Source of the DNA: Bacteroidota bacterium
GTDB lineage: Bacteria; Bacteroidota; Bacteroidia; UKL13-3
Reading direction: 5' to 3'
Assembly (NCBI GenBank): GCA_027487625.1
Contig: JAIYDG010000525.1
Coordinates: forward strand, 1-58,570
Length of the DNA stretch: 58,570 bases
The position numbers and the translations under genes were made by a program. Below, in pieces: positions 47,079-57,128 of the stretch. The notes beneath the pieces were generated by a model, which worked only from the letters and a program-made list of their open reading frames with translations, was not told where the DNA came from and searched no databases. Each line of letters opens with the position of its first letter. Within the stretch, counting starts at the first letter, position 1.

Positions 47079-47495
47079 TTAGAATCTTTCGAATGCAGAG
47101 AAGAAGAAACTTGCTTCGATAGCAGCATTTTCATCACTATCAGAACCATGAATTGCATTTGCATCGATTGATTTTGCAAATAAATTTCTGATTGTTCCAG
47201 CTTCTGCCTTTGATGGATCTGTTGCTCCAATTATTTTACGGAAATCAGCAACAGCATTGTCTTTCTCTAAAACAGCTGCAACTATTGGTCCGCTTGTCAT
47301 AAAGCTAACTAAATCGTTAAAAAATGGTCTTTCTCTGTGTACATCGTAGAATGAACCAGCCATTTCATTGCTTAAATGGATGTATTTCATAGATACAATT
47401 TTAAATCCTGATTGGATAATTTGGTCGATGATTTTTCCTGTATGTCCGTTTGCAACGGCATCTGGTTTAATCATAGTAAATGTAATGTTACTCAT
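47079..47495 (-). CDS. ndk: Nucleoside-diphosphate kinase
   Basis: 138 aa. Motifs are [19 protein letters not shown] and NAIHGSDS (active-site His). Confidence 0.97.
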   Translation of the reverse strand: MSNITFTMIKPDAVANGHTGKIIDQIIQSGFKIVSMKYIHLSNEMAGSFYDVHRERPFFNDLVSFMTSGPIVAAVLEKDNAVADFRKIIGATDPSKAEAGTIRNLFAKSIDANAIHGSDSDENAAIEASFFFSAFERF

Positions 47496-47638
47496 TGTTT
47501 TCTCTTTTTCTTTCGCGCCGCAAAATTACAAGAATCTATTAAATTATCATGAATGAATTGATTAATTATTAGTTGAGTCTGCTTTAATGTCTAAAATGAA
47601 GCTAGATTTTTATTTAGAGCCAGCTGAAACGGGAAGGT

Positions 47639-48403
47639 CTAGATGTAACCTTTTAATTGATATACAACCAATCCAATCCATTCTTTTAATAAGAAAGTCC
47701 ATATTTCAAATCCTCCATAAGTTGGCATAATGGTATTTAAAATTGAAAATTTACTTCTGCTTGAACGCATATCAGTAGAATAAGCTGTAACCTGAAATCC
47801 CTGTTTTTCAAAACAAGCAATCGCTCTGCGCATATGAAAGGCTGAAGTTAAAATTAAGTATTCTTTTTTCTTCCAGTTTGGATCTTTCTTTTGAAGCATT
47901 TCCTTAGTTAAATAAGCATTTTCAAAGGTATTAATCGACCTTATTTCCGCCCAAATACAAGTATCTGGAATTCCCGATTTCATTAAATATTCTTTGCCTA
48001 ACAATGCCTCCGGAGAGTATTTGGTGAAAATTGTATCTCTTCCAGCGGTGTAAATTATTCGATTTGAAACTTTATTCTTGAATAAATTCAAAGCCTGCAT
48101 CATTCTGTCATTTCCATCACTAAATACTGCTCGGTTTTCTCCATCAACATCTACATTCGAAATAAATCCACCTAAAATTATAATTCCATCATATTTTTTA
48201 CCTTTTTCAATTCTAATGGGGTCAACTTCATACCAACCCATAACAGTCTGAGCAATAAATGGATTTGAGAAAAATAACATCAATCCAAAAGCCCAGTATA
48301 TCCACTTTTTTACACCTGAAATAAAGTATATAATGAACATAATGAGTACCAAGCTTACAGGTGCTACAATTCCATATAAAACTTTAGATAAAAAGTAAAA
48401 CAT
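47639..48403 (-). CDS. YdcF/DUF218 (ElyC/SanA-like) family envelope protein
   Basis: 254 aa with two N-terminal TM segments. DUF218 blocks are DGIIILGG and ILTSAFHMRRA. Confidence 0.8.
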   Translation of the reverse strand: MFYFLSKVLYGIVAPVSLVLIMFIIYFISGVKKWIYWAFGLMLFFSNPFIAQTVMGWYEVDPIRIEKGKKYDGIIILGGFISNVDVDGENRAVFSDGNDRMMQALNLFKNKVSNRIIYTAGRDTIFTKYSPEALLGKEYLMKSGIPDTCIWAEIRSINTFENAYLTKEMLQKKDPNWKKKEYLILTSAFHMRRAIACFEKQGFQVTAYSTDMRSSRSKFSILNTIMPTYGGFEIWTFLLKEWIGLVVYQLKGYI

Positions 48404-48405
48404 CT

Positions 48406-49392
48406 TTAATTATTAAAATATTGGTTTAAAATTATAGTTGCCAATGTTGTGAAAAGTAGTAATTCCTTTAGCCAAAAGCGTTTGTGACTTATAAAATAAT
48501 TGGCAATGGCTAATGCCAATGAGCTCGATAAAAACGGAATTGCGTAAATAAAACTTTGGTTTTCTACATATAATGAAAATACGCCAAAAACAAAGAATAT
48601 GCCCATTGTTAATTGTAAACGTCTAGTTTTTACTCGGTTTCTGAAAAAATTTCCTTGTAAATGAACGAATGAGAATACAAATGGTGGAATAAATGAAAGC
48701 CAAGTGGTTAGTTTTTGAAGGGGTAAATTAGGTGCGTTAAAATAGCTTTTTTGGATACTGTATTCAAACGATTGAATAAAAGGCCCCAATTGGTCAGTAA
48801 GGTAAAAAATAACTCCTAGAAAGTAAGCGGGTACTATTATTCCAATGATTGCAACTAATAAATACCTAAAATTGAAGGATGTCATGGTGATGATACTCAG
48901 CAATATAAATGGCAGATATACCAGCAAATCATAATTAAACTGCAATCCTATTCCTAATAAAACACCACTATCAAATACGAGTAAAATCGGACTTTCTGAT
49001 TCATACAAATAACAGATTCTAAATAACATCAATAACAAAAATGAATTGGCAATCATCTGCGGACTCAAAATCATTTGCTGAGGATAGATGCTATTAATAA
49101 TCACAAAAAATAAACCGGGTAATAGACTGTCTTTGTATAAAATTGAATTATCAGTACTGATATAGTTTAATAACAAAGCCTGAAAGAATATCAAAAAACT
49201 TGAAAGTAAAAATTGGTTTCCTACAAAAAATGGATTGTTGTTTAACCAATGAAACAACAATTGGGCAAGTGGAGTATTGATATTTGGCTGCTCATGAATC
49301 GGAACAAAAAGAGGAGCTATTCTCAGCAATAATGTGAAAATCAGCAATCCTAAGATTGAAAACAGCGTGTTTGATCGAAATAAATTCAGCAA
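48406..49392 (-). CDS. Hypothetical polytopic inner-membrane protein
   Basis: 328 aa with about 9 hydrophobic segments and no motif I recognise. It sits 2 nt and 4 nt from its neighbours. Confidence 0.65.
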   Translation of the reverse strand: MLNLFRSNTLFSILGLLIFTLLLRIAPLFVPIHEQPNINTPLAQLLFHWLNNNPFFVGNQFLLSSFLIFFQALLLNYISTDNSILYKDSLLPGLFFVIINSIYPQQMILSPQMIANSFLLLMLFRICYLYESESPILLVFDSGVLLGIGLQFNYDLLVYLPFILLSIITMTSFNFRYLLVAIIGIIVPAYFLGVIFYLTDQLGPFIQSFEYSIQKSYFNAPNLPLQKLTTWLSFIPPFVFSFVHLQGNFFRNRVKTRRLQLTMGIFFVFGVFSLYVENQSFIYAIPFLSSSLALAIANYFISHKRFWLKELLLFTTLATIILNQYFNN

Positions 49393-49396
49393 AATA

Positions 49397-50869
49397 TTAA
49401 AATGTTATGCGCATCAAAGTAAATCGCTTGTCTCGAATTGCACAAATAATACCTGAATTTGCAGAAATTTGTTTGTACTCAGTTGGTATGATGGCAGCAT
49501 TTGTATTCGAACTTTTAACTACAATTTTATTTTGAGAAATGCCTTCATAATTCATGCTATATAATGTAATATCAGTTTGTTCATTTCCTTCATTATTATA
49601 TAAAACCTGAATATAATCTAAAGTTGGGATGCTAATAATGGATGAAAAATATCCTCCATCTCCAACTGAACTTTGGTGCTTTTTAATAACTTCATTAAAC
49701 TGAATTTTTCCATCGGGATTAATTGAATAAATGGCAGTTTCATCAAAATTATATACAATACGCGTAGAGGTTTGAGGGAAATTATTTACGTAATAGGTAT
49801 AGGTTTGTCTGGTTTGAAAGAATTTTTCAGCTAAAACAACCAAGCCTCCATCACTTCTTGGTACTATTTTTCTAATATAAAAATCGTTTAAATCAGGATT
49901 GAATTTTTCAATTTTTGCACTGGATAGTTTATTTAAGAAAAATTCATCAAACAAATTAGAAGAGCTAAATTCCAAATTGCTACTTATAAAATTATACCTT
50001 CTATAAAAGTATCCTTTAGTTTCAATTTTTGCTGATTCAGAATATAAACCCGTAACACTTATTGTTTGATTGTAATTATTCAAACACATCCCTAATTCAT
50101 CTATAGAAAAACTGTCTTTAGCTTGAATATCATATTCCAGAATTTTATCAGTTGTTGGGTAATATACATAAAGGAAAAACTTTCTTGGGTCCTCTCTTTC
50201 TCCCTTATAATCCTTAATTGGATAATCAATCATTACAAATGTTTCTCCTGAATTCGACAAGTCGAAAGCAGAAGTAAACACTCCTTTTTCTTCTTCATCT
50301 AAATGAAATTGTTTTCCAAATCTTTGTTGCAGATTCATATCATATTGGTAAAGATTCAAATTTCCTTTTCCATTATCTGCCAAACTAATAAACATAATAC
50401 CAATCAAACTTTTATTAGCATTGGGTTTTATCTGAATGTTTCGTTTTTCGAGAAATGCACTTTCCGGCATACTGCACAAAACCTGAGGATTTCCAATCGG
50501 TTTAAAGTTCAAATCCATTTTTTGTGCTAGTAAATCAATCTGATTTTTTACCGTGTTTTTTGCTGATATAAAAACAAAAAGTTCATCACGAAGTAATAAA
50601 ACCCTTTCAACAGAACCATTAACTGTTAATGGTAGCGGTATTGAAATGTCTAATGCCAAGGTGTTTTTATACTTCTCAATGATTAAATCATTTCTAAAAT
50701 CCTGGTCTTTTCCTCGTAATAGGAAAATATTTCCTCCACTTTCTCCAATTATCTGATTATAAAGATTTTTCTGTTTTAATTTTTGCGGATTACCCCACTC
50801 AATTTGTTGTGCATTTATCTGAAATGAACAAAGCACAAAAAGAATACTGAAAAGCTTAGAAATTGACAT
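49397..50869 (-). CDS. Hypothetical secreted protein
   Basis: 490 aa with signal peptide MSISKLFSILFVLCSFQINAQ. No recognisable domain. Confidence 0.65.
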   Translation of the reverse strand: MSISKLFSILFVLCSFQINAQQIEWGNPQKLKQKNLYNQIIGESGGNIFLLRGKDQDFRNDLIIEKYKNTLALDISIPLPLTVNGSVERVLLLRDELFVFISAKNTVKNQIDLLAQKMDLNFKPIGNPQVLCSMPESAFLEKRNIQIKPNANKSLIGIMFISLADNGKGNLNLYQYDMNLQQRFGKQFHLDEEEKGVFTSAFDLSNSGETFVMIDYPIKDYKGEREDPRKFFLYVYYPTTDKILEYDIQAKDSFSIDELGMCLNNYNQTISVTGLYSESAKIETKGYFYRRYNFISSNLEFSSSNLFDEFFLNKLSSAKIEKFNPDLNDFYIRKIVPRSDGGLVVLAEKFFQTRQTYTYYVNNFPQTSTRIVYNFDETAIYSINPDGKIQFNEVIKKHQSSVGDGGYFSSIISIPTLDYIQVLYNNEGNEQTDITLYSMNYEGISQNKIVVKSSNTNAAIIPTEYKQISANSGIICAIRDKRFTLMRITF

Positions 50870-50909
50870 TATTTTGCAGACTTAATCTTTAAACGAAAAT
50901 AAGCAAGCT

Positions 50910-50917
50910 TAGGTTTG
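50910..50917 (+). promoter_or_regulatory. Possible Bacteroidetes -7 promoter element (TAGGTTTG) for hflX
   Basis: Matches TAnnTTTG and ends 16 nt upstream of the hflX ATG, which would give a very short leader. This is a motif match only. Confidence 0.3.
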
Positions 50918-50933
50918 TTTCAGGAATTTTTTA

Positions 50934-52142
50934 ATGGCGAAACAAAAATTATTTGATACAGTAAAATCTGCTGAGTATGCAGTGCTGGTTGGAGTGGCAA
51001 ATTCTCAACAAAAATTTGAACAGGCTGAGGAGTATCTGGAAGAGTTGGCTTTTCTTGCCTTAACTGCTGGTGCTGAAGTGAAAAACAAGTATTTACAGCG
51101 CCTGAGTTATCCAAATCCACGTACTTATATTGGTGAAGGTAAATTGCAGGAAATAGCCGAATATGTTACTGCTCATGAGATAGATATGGTTATTTTTGAT
51201 GATGAATTAACTCCTTCGCAAATCAGAAATTTAGAGCAAACCATTAAATGTAAAATTCTAGATAGAAGCAATCTGATTCTCGATATTTTCGCTTCAAGAG
51301 CCCGAACTGCTCAGGCAAAATTCCAAGTAGAACTTGCTCAAGCTCAATATATGCTTCCTCGTTTAACCAGAATGTGGACCCATTTAAGTAAACATAAAGG
51401 TGGTATTGGAATGAAGGGACCGGGTGAATCTGAAATTGAAACTGATAGAAGAGCGCTAAGAACTAAAATCGATAGGTTAAAAGAAAGATTGGCTTTAATC
51501 GATAAACAGGCATCTACTCAAAGAAGAAACAGGGATGATAAGGCTCGTGTTGCTTTGGTGGGATATACAAATGTTGGTAAATCAACTATCATGAATTTAC
51601 TCAGTAAAAGTGAAGTTTTTGCCGAAAATAAATTGTTTGCAACGCTTGATAGTACTGTTCGAAAAGTTGTTTGGCCTAAACATACATTTTTGTTAACCGA
51701 TACAGTTGGATTTATTAGAAAACTACCGCATCAATTGGTTGAGTGTTTCAAATCTACCTTAGACGAAATTCGTGAAGCGGATTTACTTCTGCATATTGTT
51801 GATGTGAGCCATGTTGGTTTTGAAGACCAAATTAATATTGTTCATCAAACTTTAAAGGAAATTGGTGCTAGAGATAAGCCTATATTGTTGGTTTTTAATA
51901 AAATAGATGAACTAAAAGAGCCATTTATTTTGGAGGATGAAACAATTAAAGGCAAAGAAGTTTATATCAAAAAGTTGAAAAAATCATGGATGGCTAAGGA
52001 AAATAATCCTGTGGTTTTTATTTCTGCTTTCAAAAAAATCAACTTCAACGAATTAAGAGATCAAATTGAGCTAATGCTCAGTAATATAAAACCTCCGGCT
52101 AAGCCTGATTTGTATTTTGGCTTTGAAAATAAATCCGTTTAA
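50934..52142 (+). CDS. hflX: GTPase HflX
   Basis: 402 aa with an HflX N-domain (FDDELTPSQIRNLE, LILDIFASRARTAQAKFQVELAQ). GTPase motifs are G1 GYTNVGKST, G3 DTVGFI and G4 NKID. Confidence 0.94.
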   Translation: MAKQKLFDTVKSAEYAVLVGVANSQQKFEQAEEYLEELAFLALTAGAEVKNKYLQRLSYPNPRTYIGEGKLQEIAEYVTAHEIDMVIFDDELTPSQIRNLEQTIKCKILDRSNLILDIFASRARTAQAKFQVELAQAQYMLPRLTRMWTHLSKHKGGIGMKGPGESEIETDRRALRTKIDRLKERLALIDKQASTQRRNRDDKARVALVGYTNVGKSTIMNLLSKSEVFAENKLFATLDSTVRKVVWPKHTFLLTDTVGFIRKLPHQLVECFKSTLDEIREADLLLHIVDVSHVGFEDQINIVHQTLKEIGARDKPILLVFNKIDELKEPFILEDETIKGKEVYIKKLKKSWMAKENNPVVFISAFKKINFNELRDQIELMLSNIKPPAKPDLYFGFENKSV

Positions 52143-52302
52143 AACCTGGATTATTTTTGATTGTCGCCTCCACAGGCTTTTTATTTTATTTTTTTCCTAA
52201 TTATCTACCTTTTAACCTTGAAGAATGGCTTAATTTCCTATTTTCGCAACAATTGACTTTGAAGTGTTTTTTTAGTTTAAACTTCAGAATCAATTCATTC
52301 TC

Positions 52303-53460
52303 ATGAGTCAACAAATAGAATTAACTGTAGTAATGCCCTGCCTGAATGAGGCAGAAACAATTGGAACTTGTATTTCAAAAGCCATGAACTGGATGAAACA
52401 AAATTCAGTTTCGGGTGAAGTTGTTATTGGCGATAATGGAAGTACCGATGGTTCTCAGGCCCTTGCAGAAGGTTTGGGCGCAAGAGTTATTGCTGTTCCG
52501 CGTAAAGGTTATGGCAGTGCTTTAATGGGTGCTATTGAAGCGGCTAAGGGAAAATATGTAATTATGGGCGATAGCGACGATAGTTACGATTTTGCAAACC
52601 TGGGTCCGTTTTTAAATGAACTTAGAAATGGTTACGACCTTGTAATGGGCAATCGTTTTAAAGGTGGAATTGCCGAAGGTGCCATGCCTTTCCTACATAG
52701 ATATCTTGGAAATCCTGTGCTTTCATTTATTGGAAGATTGTTTTTTAATTGTCCTGTTCGCGATTTCCATTGCGGATTACGTGGTTTTAGACAAGATTTA
52801 GTTACTATTTTAGATTTAAAAACAACGGGTATGGAATTCGCATCAGAAATGGTTGTGAAATCTACTTTGTTTAAAGTTAAAATTACTGAAGTTCCAACTA
52901 CTTTATCTAAAGATGGTAGAACTCGTCCTCCTCATTTAAGAACTTGGAGAGATGGCTGGAGACATTTACGTTTCTTACTTATCTATTCTCCTCGTTGGTT
53001 ATTTTTATACCCCGGAATTTTTTTGATGGCTTTAGGACTGATATTAGGATTTTTTATCATGCAAGGTCCTTTGGGCTTGTTTCAACATGTGTACTTCGAT
53101 ACAAATACCTTGTTGTATGCAGGAGCTTTTACAATTATTGGTTTTCAGGCTGTTACTTTTGGAGTTTTCACAAGAACCTATGCAGTAGAAGCAGGATTTT
53201 TGCCAGCAAAAGATTCTCTTGAAAGAATCATAGAAAAATTCAGTGTTGAAATGGGTTTGATTATTGGTTTAATTGTATTTCTGGCCGGTTTGGCTGGTAC
53301 ATTTTATTCGCTTTATGTTTGGGAACAAAGTCATTTTGGACAACTTGATTATCCTAAAATTTTAAGGGTTGTTATTCCAAGTGTGGTTTCAATCATCATT
53401 GGATTACAAACAGTTTTATCGAGTTTCTTTTTAGGCGTATTGAGTGTAAATAAAAAATAA
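52303..53460 (+). CDS. Family-2 glycosyltransferase with C-terminal TM domain (polyprenyl-phosphate sugar synthase type: GtrB/ArnC/Dpm1-like)
   Basis: 385 aa. GT2 blocks are LTVVMPCLNEAETI, GDNGSTDGS and IMGDSDDSYD, followed by about 4 TM segments. Confidence 0.85.
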   Translation: MSQQIELTVVMPCLNEAETIGTCISKAMNWMKQNSVSGEVVIGDNGSTDGSQALAEGLGARVIAVPRKGYGSALMGAIEAAKGKYVIMGDSDDSYDFANLGPFLNELRNGYDLVMGNRFKGGIAEGAMPFLHRYLGNPVLSFIGRLFFNCPVRDFHCGLRGFRQDLVTILDLKTTGMEFASEMVVKSTLFKVKITEVPTTLSKDGRTRPPHLRTWRDGWRHLRFLLIYSPRWLFLYPGIFLMALGLILGFFIMQGPLGLFQHVYFDTNTLLYAGAFTIIGFQAVTFGVFTRTYAVEAGFLPAKDSLERIIEKFSVEMGLIIGLIVFLAGLAGTFYSLYVWEQSHFGQLDYPKILRVVIPSVVSIIIGLQTVLSSFFLGVLSVNKK

Positions 53461-53464
53461 TTGA

Positions 53465-54013
53465 ATGAAAGCAATTGATAGGTATTTGCAAAAAGTTAGA
53501 ATAAACAAAGCAAAGGATTTCATTAAAAAAGGTGATACGGTTCTTGATATTGGTAGTGTTGATGGAGTGATGTTTGATGCTTTGGATGGAATTATCAGCC
53601 ATGGTTTTGGTATCGACCCAACTCTTAAAGAAAGAGTTGAAAAGAACAATTACACTTTAATTCCCGGTTATTTCCCTGAAGTTTCTCCTAGCGGTCAGAG
53701 TTACGATGTTATAACAATGTTGGCTGTATTAGAGCATATTCCAACTGAGCTCCAAAAGAGTTTGGCTTTAAATTGTTTTAATTACCTGAAGCCTGGTGGG
53801 AGAGTAATTATCACAGTTCCCTCCCCTCAAGTTGATACCATTCTTGATATTTTAACCAAGTTAAAGCTAATCGATGGAATGAGTTTGGAGGAGCATTATG
53901 GTTACAAACCAGGCGATACCAAAGAAATTTTTAATGAATCTTTATTCAAATTATTGGTTAATAAAAAGTTTCAATTAGGATTGAATAACCTTTTTGTATT
54001 TGAGAAAAAATAA
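53465..54013 (+). CDS. Class I SAM-dependent methyltransferase
   Basis: 182 aa. Motif I is VLDIGSVDG, post-I is DVITMLAVLEHI, and LKPGGRVIITVP follows. Confidence 0.8.
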   Translation: MKAIDRYLQKVRINKAKDFIKKGDTVLDIGSVDGVMFDALDGIISHGFGIDPTLKERVEKNNYTLIPGYFPEVSPSGQSYDVITMLAVLEHIPTELQKSLALNCFNYLKPGGRVIITVPSPQVDTILDILTKLKLIDGMSLEEHYGYKPGDTKEIFNESLFKLLVNKKFQLGLNNLFVFEKK

Positions 54014-54031
54014 ATCCCAAGTTTATAAAAA

Positions 54032-56938
54032 ATGAGTGTGTTAAATGAATCACGTGTTTCCGTTTTAATTAATGCGAAAAACACCAATGAAACTTTTGTT
54101 TCTGGTATTCAGAACCTCTTCCAAAAAAGTAAATTGGACATAGAAGTTCATTGTTTACAAGCGGGAAGTTTAAATACAAAACCTTTAGAAGAATGGATTC
54201 AAAAAGGTAAATTATTTGTTTATTCAGGTAATGAAGGTTTGGGAGCTCAAGCTGCTTTGGCTGCCGAAAAAACTACGGGTGCCTATTCTTTGTTTTTGGC
54301 TGATACACATCACCCTGTTTCAAACCTGATTCAAGGATTTAATGCCCATAAAAAAACGCTAGCAAATTCAACTTTGTTGGTGTTAAATCAGGTTGACAAA
54401 AACAAAAAAACAGCTTCAGGAAAATTAGTAAATGCCTTTGCAAGAATTTTCACACCATTAAATCTTCGTGATAATTTTTCAGGTGCTTTCTTTACTAAAA
54501 CCGGAAATCTAAAAGCCTTATTTGATAATGAGTTTGCATCTTGTAACAATTGGTTACAAATGGTGTATGCAATCAATGCAAATAATATTTCAATAGCCGA
54601 AGTTCAAATTCAAACAGAGAAACCAAATAAACCTGGTTTTGGAAGTTTGTTTGCAGCTGTTTTTAGTTTAAGATGGCATTATTTTATTTCCGATAGTTTG
54701 TTCAGAATTAAAAAGGATGGTATCTCTTTGGCTAATGGCAATAGTGGATTCTATCGTTTATTGTATTTTATATTCTTTGGATTGGCATTCATTTTTATGC
54801 CGATGTTAAGTCAAGATTTTGGCAGTACATGGGATGAAAAAGCACATAATGATTATTCTCAACTAGCTTACCGTTACATTACAACATTTGGTTCTGATAC
54901 TGCTGCTTTGGCTGAACCTGCAAATAGTGCAGAGTATATTCGTCAGGCTTACCGTTTCTATGGTGAGCAAATCAATACAGTTTCTGCTTTTGCTTATAAT
55001 TGGTTAGGTACCGGAGTTTTTGAAACAAGGCATTTCATCAATTCTTTATATGGCTTTTTAGGATTGGTTTTTGTCTCGCTTATTGCTTTCGAATTGGCTT
55101 CATGGAGAGCAGCAGCTTTGGCAATTTTATTCATGTTTTTTAATCCAGGTTGGTTTGGTAATTCTATGAATAATCCAACAGATATACCATTTGCGTTGGG
55201 TTTTGCTTTTTCAGGTTTATTCCTAGTTAAAGTGCTTAGAAAAATGCCTTTCCCTAAGTTTTCTCATGAAGTTTGGTTGGGTGTAGGTATAGGAATGGGT
55301 ATTGCATCAAGGGTAGGAGCATTGTTAATTATCGCCTATTTTGGTTTGTTTTTGGCTGTTTTATGGTTGAATAAATTGAGGTCGAAAAAAGAAAATGCTT
55401 TCAAACTCATTCTTCCTTATGCAAAAATCTTCCTTGTAGTAACCATAGTTGCTTATATAGTTGGAATTTTAGTTTGGCCTTATGCATTAAACAATCCGAT
55501 TACTCATCCATATCAGGCTTATGCAAAGGCATCAGAAAATGCCTTTTATACAAACAATGTGGAGTTGTTTGAAGGTAAACGCATGTACATGTTAACTGCC
55601 GCTCCTTGGTATTATGTAGTGAAGTTTTTGGGTATTGGTAATCCCATCTATTTAATAGTTGGATTTCTTGGTAGTATTTTGGCTTTACCTTTTGTTAGAA
55701 AAGAGAAAAATACACCTTTCTGGCTGATGCTAATTTTCATGAGTTTGTTCCCAATTGCCTATGCAGAATTAAGTAATCTGAATTATTATAATGGTTGGAG
55801 GCACTACTTGTTTATTTTATCATCTGCCGTTCCTTTAGCTGCTGTTTTTTATGATTATTTATTAAGCAGAAATAAAGTTGTAGCTATTGCAGGTGCTGTA
55901 ATTTTAGGTGGATTATTTGTAAAACCTACATTATGGTTTGTTCAAAATCACCCCAATCAATATGTTTATTTTAATGAATTTACTGGTGGATTAAAAGGTG
56001 CTTTTGGAACTTATGAAACCGATTATTATTCTAATTCTTGCAGAGAGGCTGCCGAATGGATTGCCAACCAACATCCAAAAGATTCACTGGTTGTGGGAAT
56101 TAATAATGAGATTACAACAGCAGCTTATTGGGCTCATCAAATCAATCCAAGATTAAATTTTGTATGGACACGTGAAAGTGAAGAACAAAAGCAAAACTGG
56201 GATTATTTAATTATGACAACCAGAACATTTTCACAGCATGAATTATTGAATGGTTCATTTCCTCCAAAAGGTACGGTTTATACAGTTATGGCTGATGGAG
56301 TTCCTTTGGCTGCAGTAGTAAAAAGAGAGAATAATTTTATGCCTTTGGGATATACTTCTCTTGAAAAAAATAACCTCGATTCTGCAATTTGGTATTTTGA
56401 AAATGCTGTAAGATATGCAGATAAAGACGAAGAAACTTGGCGTTGTTTAGGTTTTGCTTTAGTAAATAAAGGAAGATTAGATAGCGCAGAAATGATGTTG
56501 AAAAAAGCTATTGAAATTTATCCTGAAAACTTTTCAGCATGGAGTAATTTAGGAATCGTTCATTTTAACAGAAGAGATTTTGCAAAAGCTAATGAAGCAT
56601 TCGCAAAATCAACGCAATACAAAGAAAACGTAACTGAAAGCTGGTATTATAGCGGCTTGTGTTATATGAATCTGGGTGATTACAATACTGCCATCAAACA
56701 ATTTGAAATGGCTTCAAAACATAGTGGAAGTATCCCTGAAATTTATTACTACATGGCGAAGTGTTATGAATATGTTGGAAGTCTTGAAAAAGCCTCTGAC
56801 GCTTATCAAATGGCACTTGGCATTAACCAAAATTATTCCCAAGCTTGGTTCGATTTAGCTAACGTATTTACTAAGCTTGGAAAAGCCGATTATGCTGCTC
56901 AATGTATGGATAGATACAAAGCATTGGGTGGAAATTAA
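54032..56938 (+). CDS. Fusion protein: degenerate N-terminal GT2-like domain + GT-C (PMT/ArnT, GT39-like) polytopic glycosyltransferase + C-terminal TPR repeats
   Basis: 968 aa. The N-terminal roughly 200 aa look like GT2 (VSVLINAKNTNETF ... GNEGLGAQAAL ... YSLFLADTHH) but lack a clear DxD. About 12 TM segments follow, with an acidic WDE motif in the first periplasmic loop (SQDFGSTWDEKAH). The last roughly 190 aa are TPR repeats (AIWYFENAV, AWSNLGIVHFNRRDFAKANEAFAKS, SWYYSGLCYMNLGDYNTAIKQFE, AWFDLANVFTKLGK). Confidence 0.8.
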   Translation: MSVLNESRVSVLINAKNTNETFVSGIQNLFQKSKLDIEVHCLQAGSLNTKPLEEWIQKGKLFVYSGNEGLGAQAALAAEKTTGAYSLFLADTHHPVSNLIQGFNAHKKTLANSTLLVLNQVDKNKKTASGKLVNAFARIFTPLNLRDNFSGAFFTKTGNLKALFDNEFASCNNWLQMVYAINANNISIAEVQIQTEKPNKPGFGSLFAAVFSLRWHYFISDSLFRIKKDGISLANGNSGFYRLLYFIFFGLAFIFMPMLSQDFGSTWDEKAHNDYSQLAYRYITTFGSDTAALAEPANSAEYIRQAYRFYGEQINTVSAFAYNWLGTGVFETRHFINSLYGFLGLVFVSLIAFELASWRAAALAILFMFFNPGWFGNSMNNPTDIPFALGFAFSGLFLVKVLRKMPFPKFSHEVWLGVGIGMGIASRVGALLIIAYFGLFLAVLWLNKLRSKKENAFKLILPYAKIFLVVTIVAYIVGILVWPYALNNPITHPYQAYAKASENAFYTNNVELFEGKRMYMLTAAPWYYVVKFLGIGNPIYLIVGFLGSILALPFVRKEKNTPFWLMLIFMSLFPIAYAELSNLNYYNGWRHYLFILSSAVPLAAVFYDYLLSRNKVVAIAGAVILGGLFVKPTLWFVQNHPNQYVYFNEFTGGLKGAFGTYETDYYSNSCREAAEWIANQHPKDSLVVGINNEITTAAYWAHQINPRLNFVWTRESEEQKQNWDYLIMTTRTFSQHELLNGSFPPKGTVYTVMADGVPLAAVVKRENNFMPLGYTSLEKNNLDSAIWYFENAVRYADKDEETWRCLGFALVNKGRLDSAEMMLKKAIEIYPENFSAWSNLGIVHFNRRDFAKANEAFAKSTQYKENVTESWYYSGLCYMNLGDYNTAIKQFEMASKHSGSIPEIYYYMAKCYEYVGSLEKASDAYQMALGINQNYSQAWFDLANVFTKLGKADYAAQCMDRYKALGGN

Positions 56939-56997
56939 GGGTTTTAATTCCATTTATTCACAGCACTTTTTTAGCCTGTCTAAAAATTCTTAACTTT

Positions 56998-57034
56998 GTA
57001 GAGCCTTGATTTATCAAGGCTCTACATGTTTTTA
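56998..57034 (+). terminator. Rho-independent terminator after the glycosylation module
   Basis: Perfect 13-bp stem gtagagccttgat / atcaaggctctac with a 2-nt loop, then atgttttt. Confidence 0.75.
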
Positions 57035-57128
57035 CTGGCGAATTGTGCCCCCTTTCCTATACTATCCACCACCCTGTGCTTAGAAGCCAATGAAAAGGCT
57101 ATAGAATTAGGCCTTAGTTTCGTAGTTA

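Noticed and set aside
47045-47230. 61-aa minus-strand ORF overlapping ndk in another frame
   Set aside because: The ndk frame is unambiguous (active-site NAIHGSDS and full-length homology pattern). The alternative frame has no features.
50920-51120. 66-aa minus-strand ORF overlapping the hflX start
   Set aside because: It is antisense to a well-supported hflX N-terminal domain, with no signal or motif. The upstream gene already ends at 50869.
53396-53649. Two minus-strand ORFs (68 and 72 aa) across the GT2/methyltransferase junction
   Set aside because: Both are antisense to two motif-supported plus-strand genes. They are shadow ORFs.
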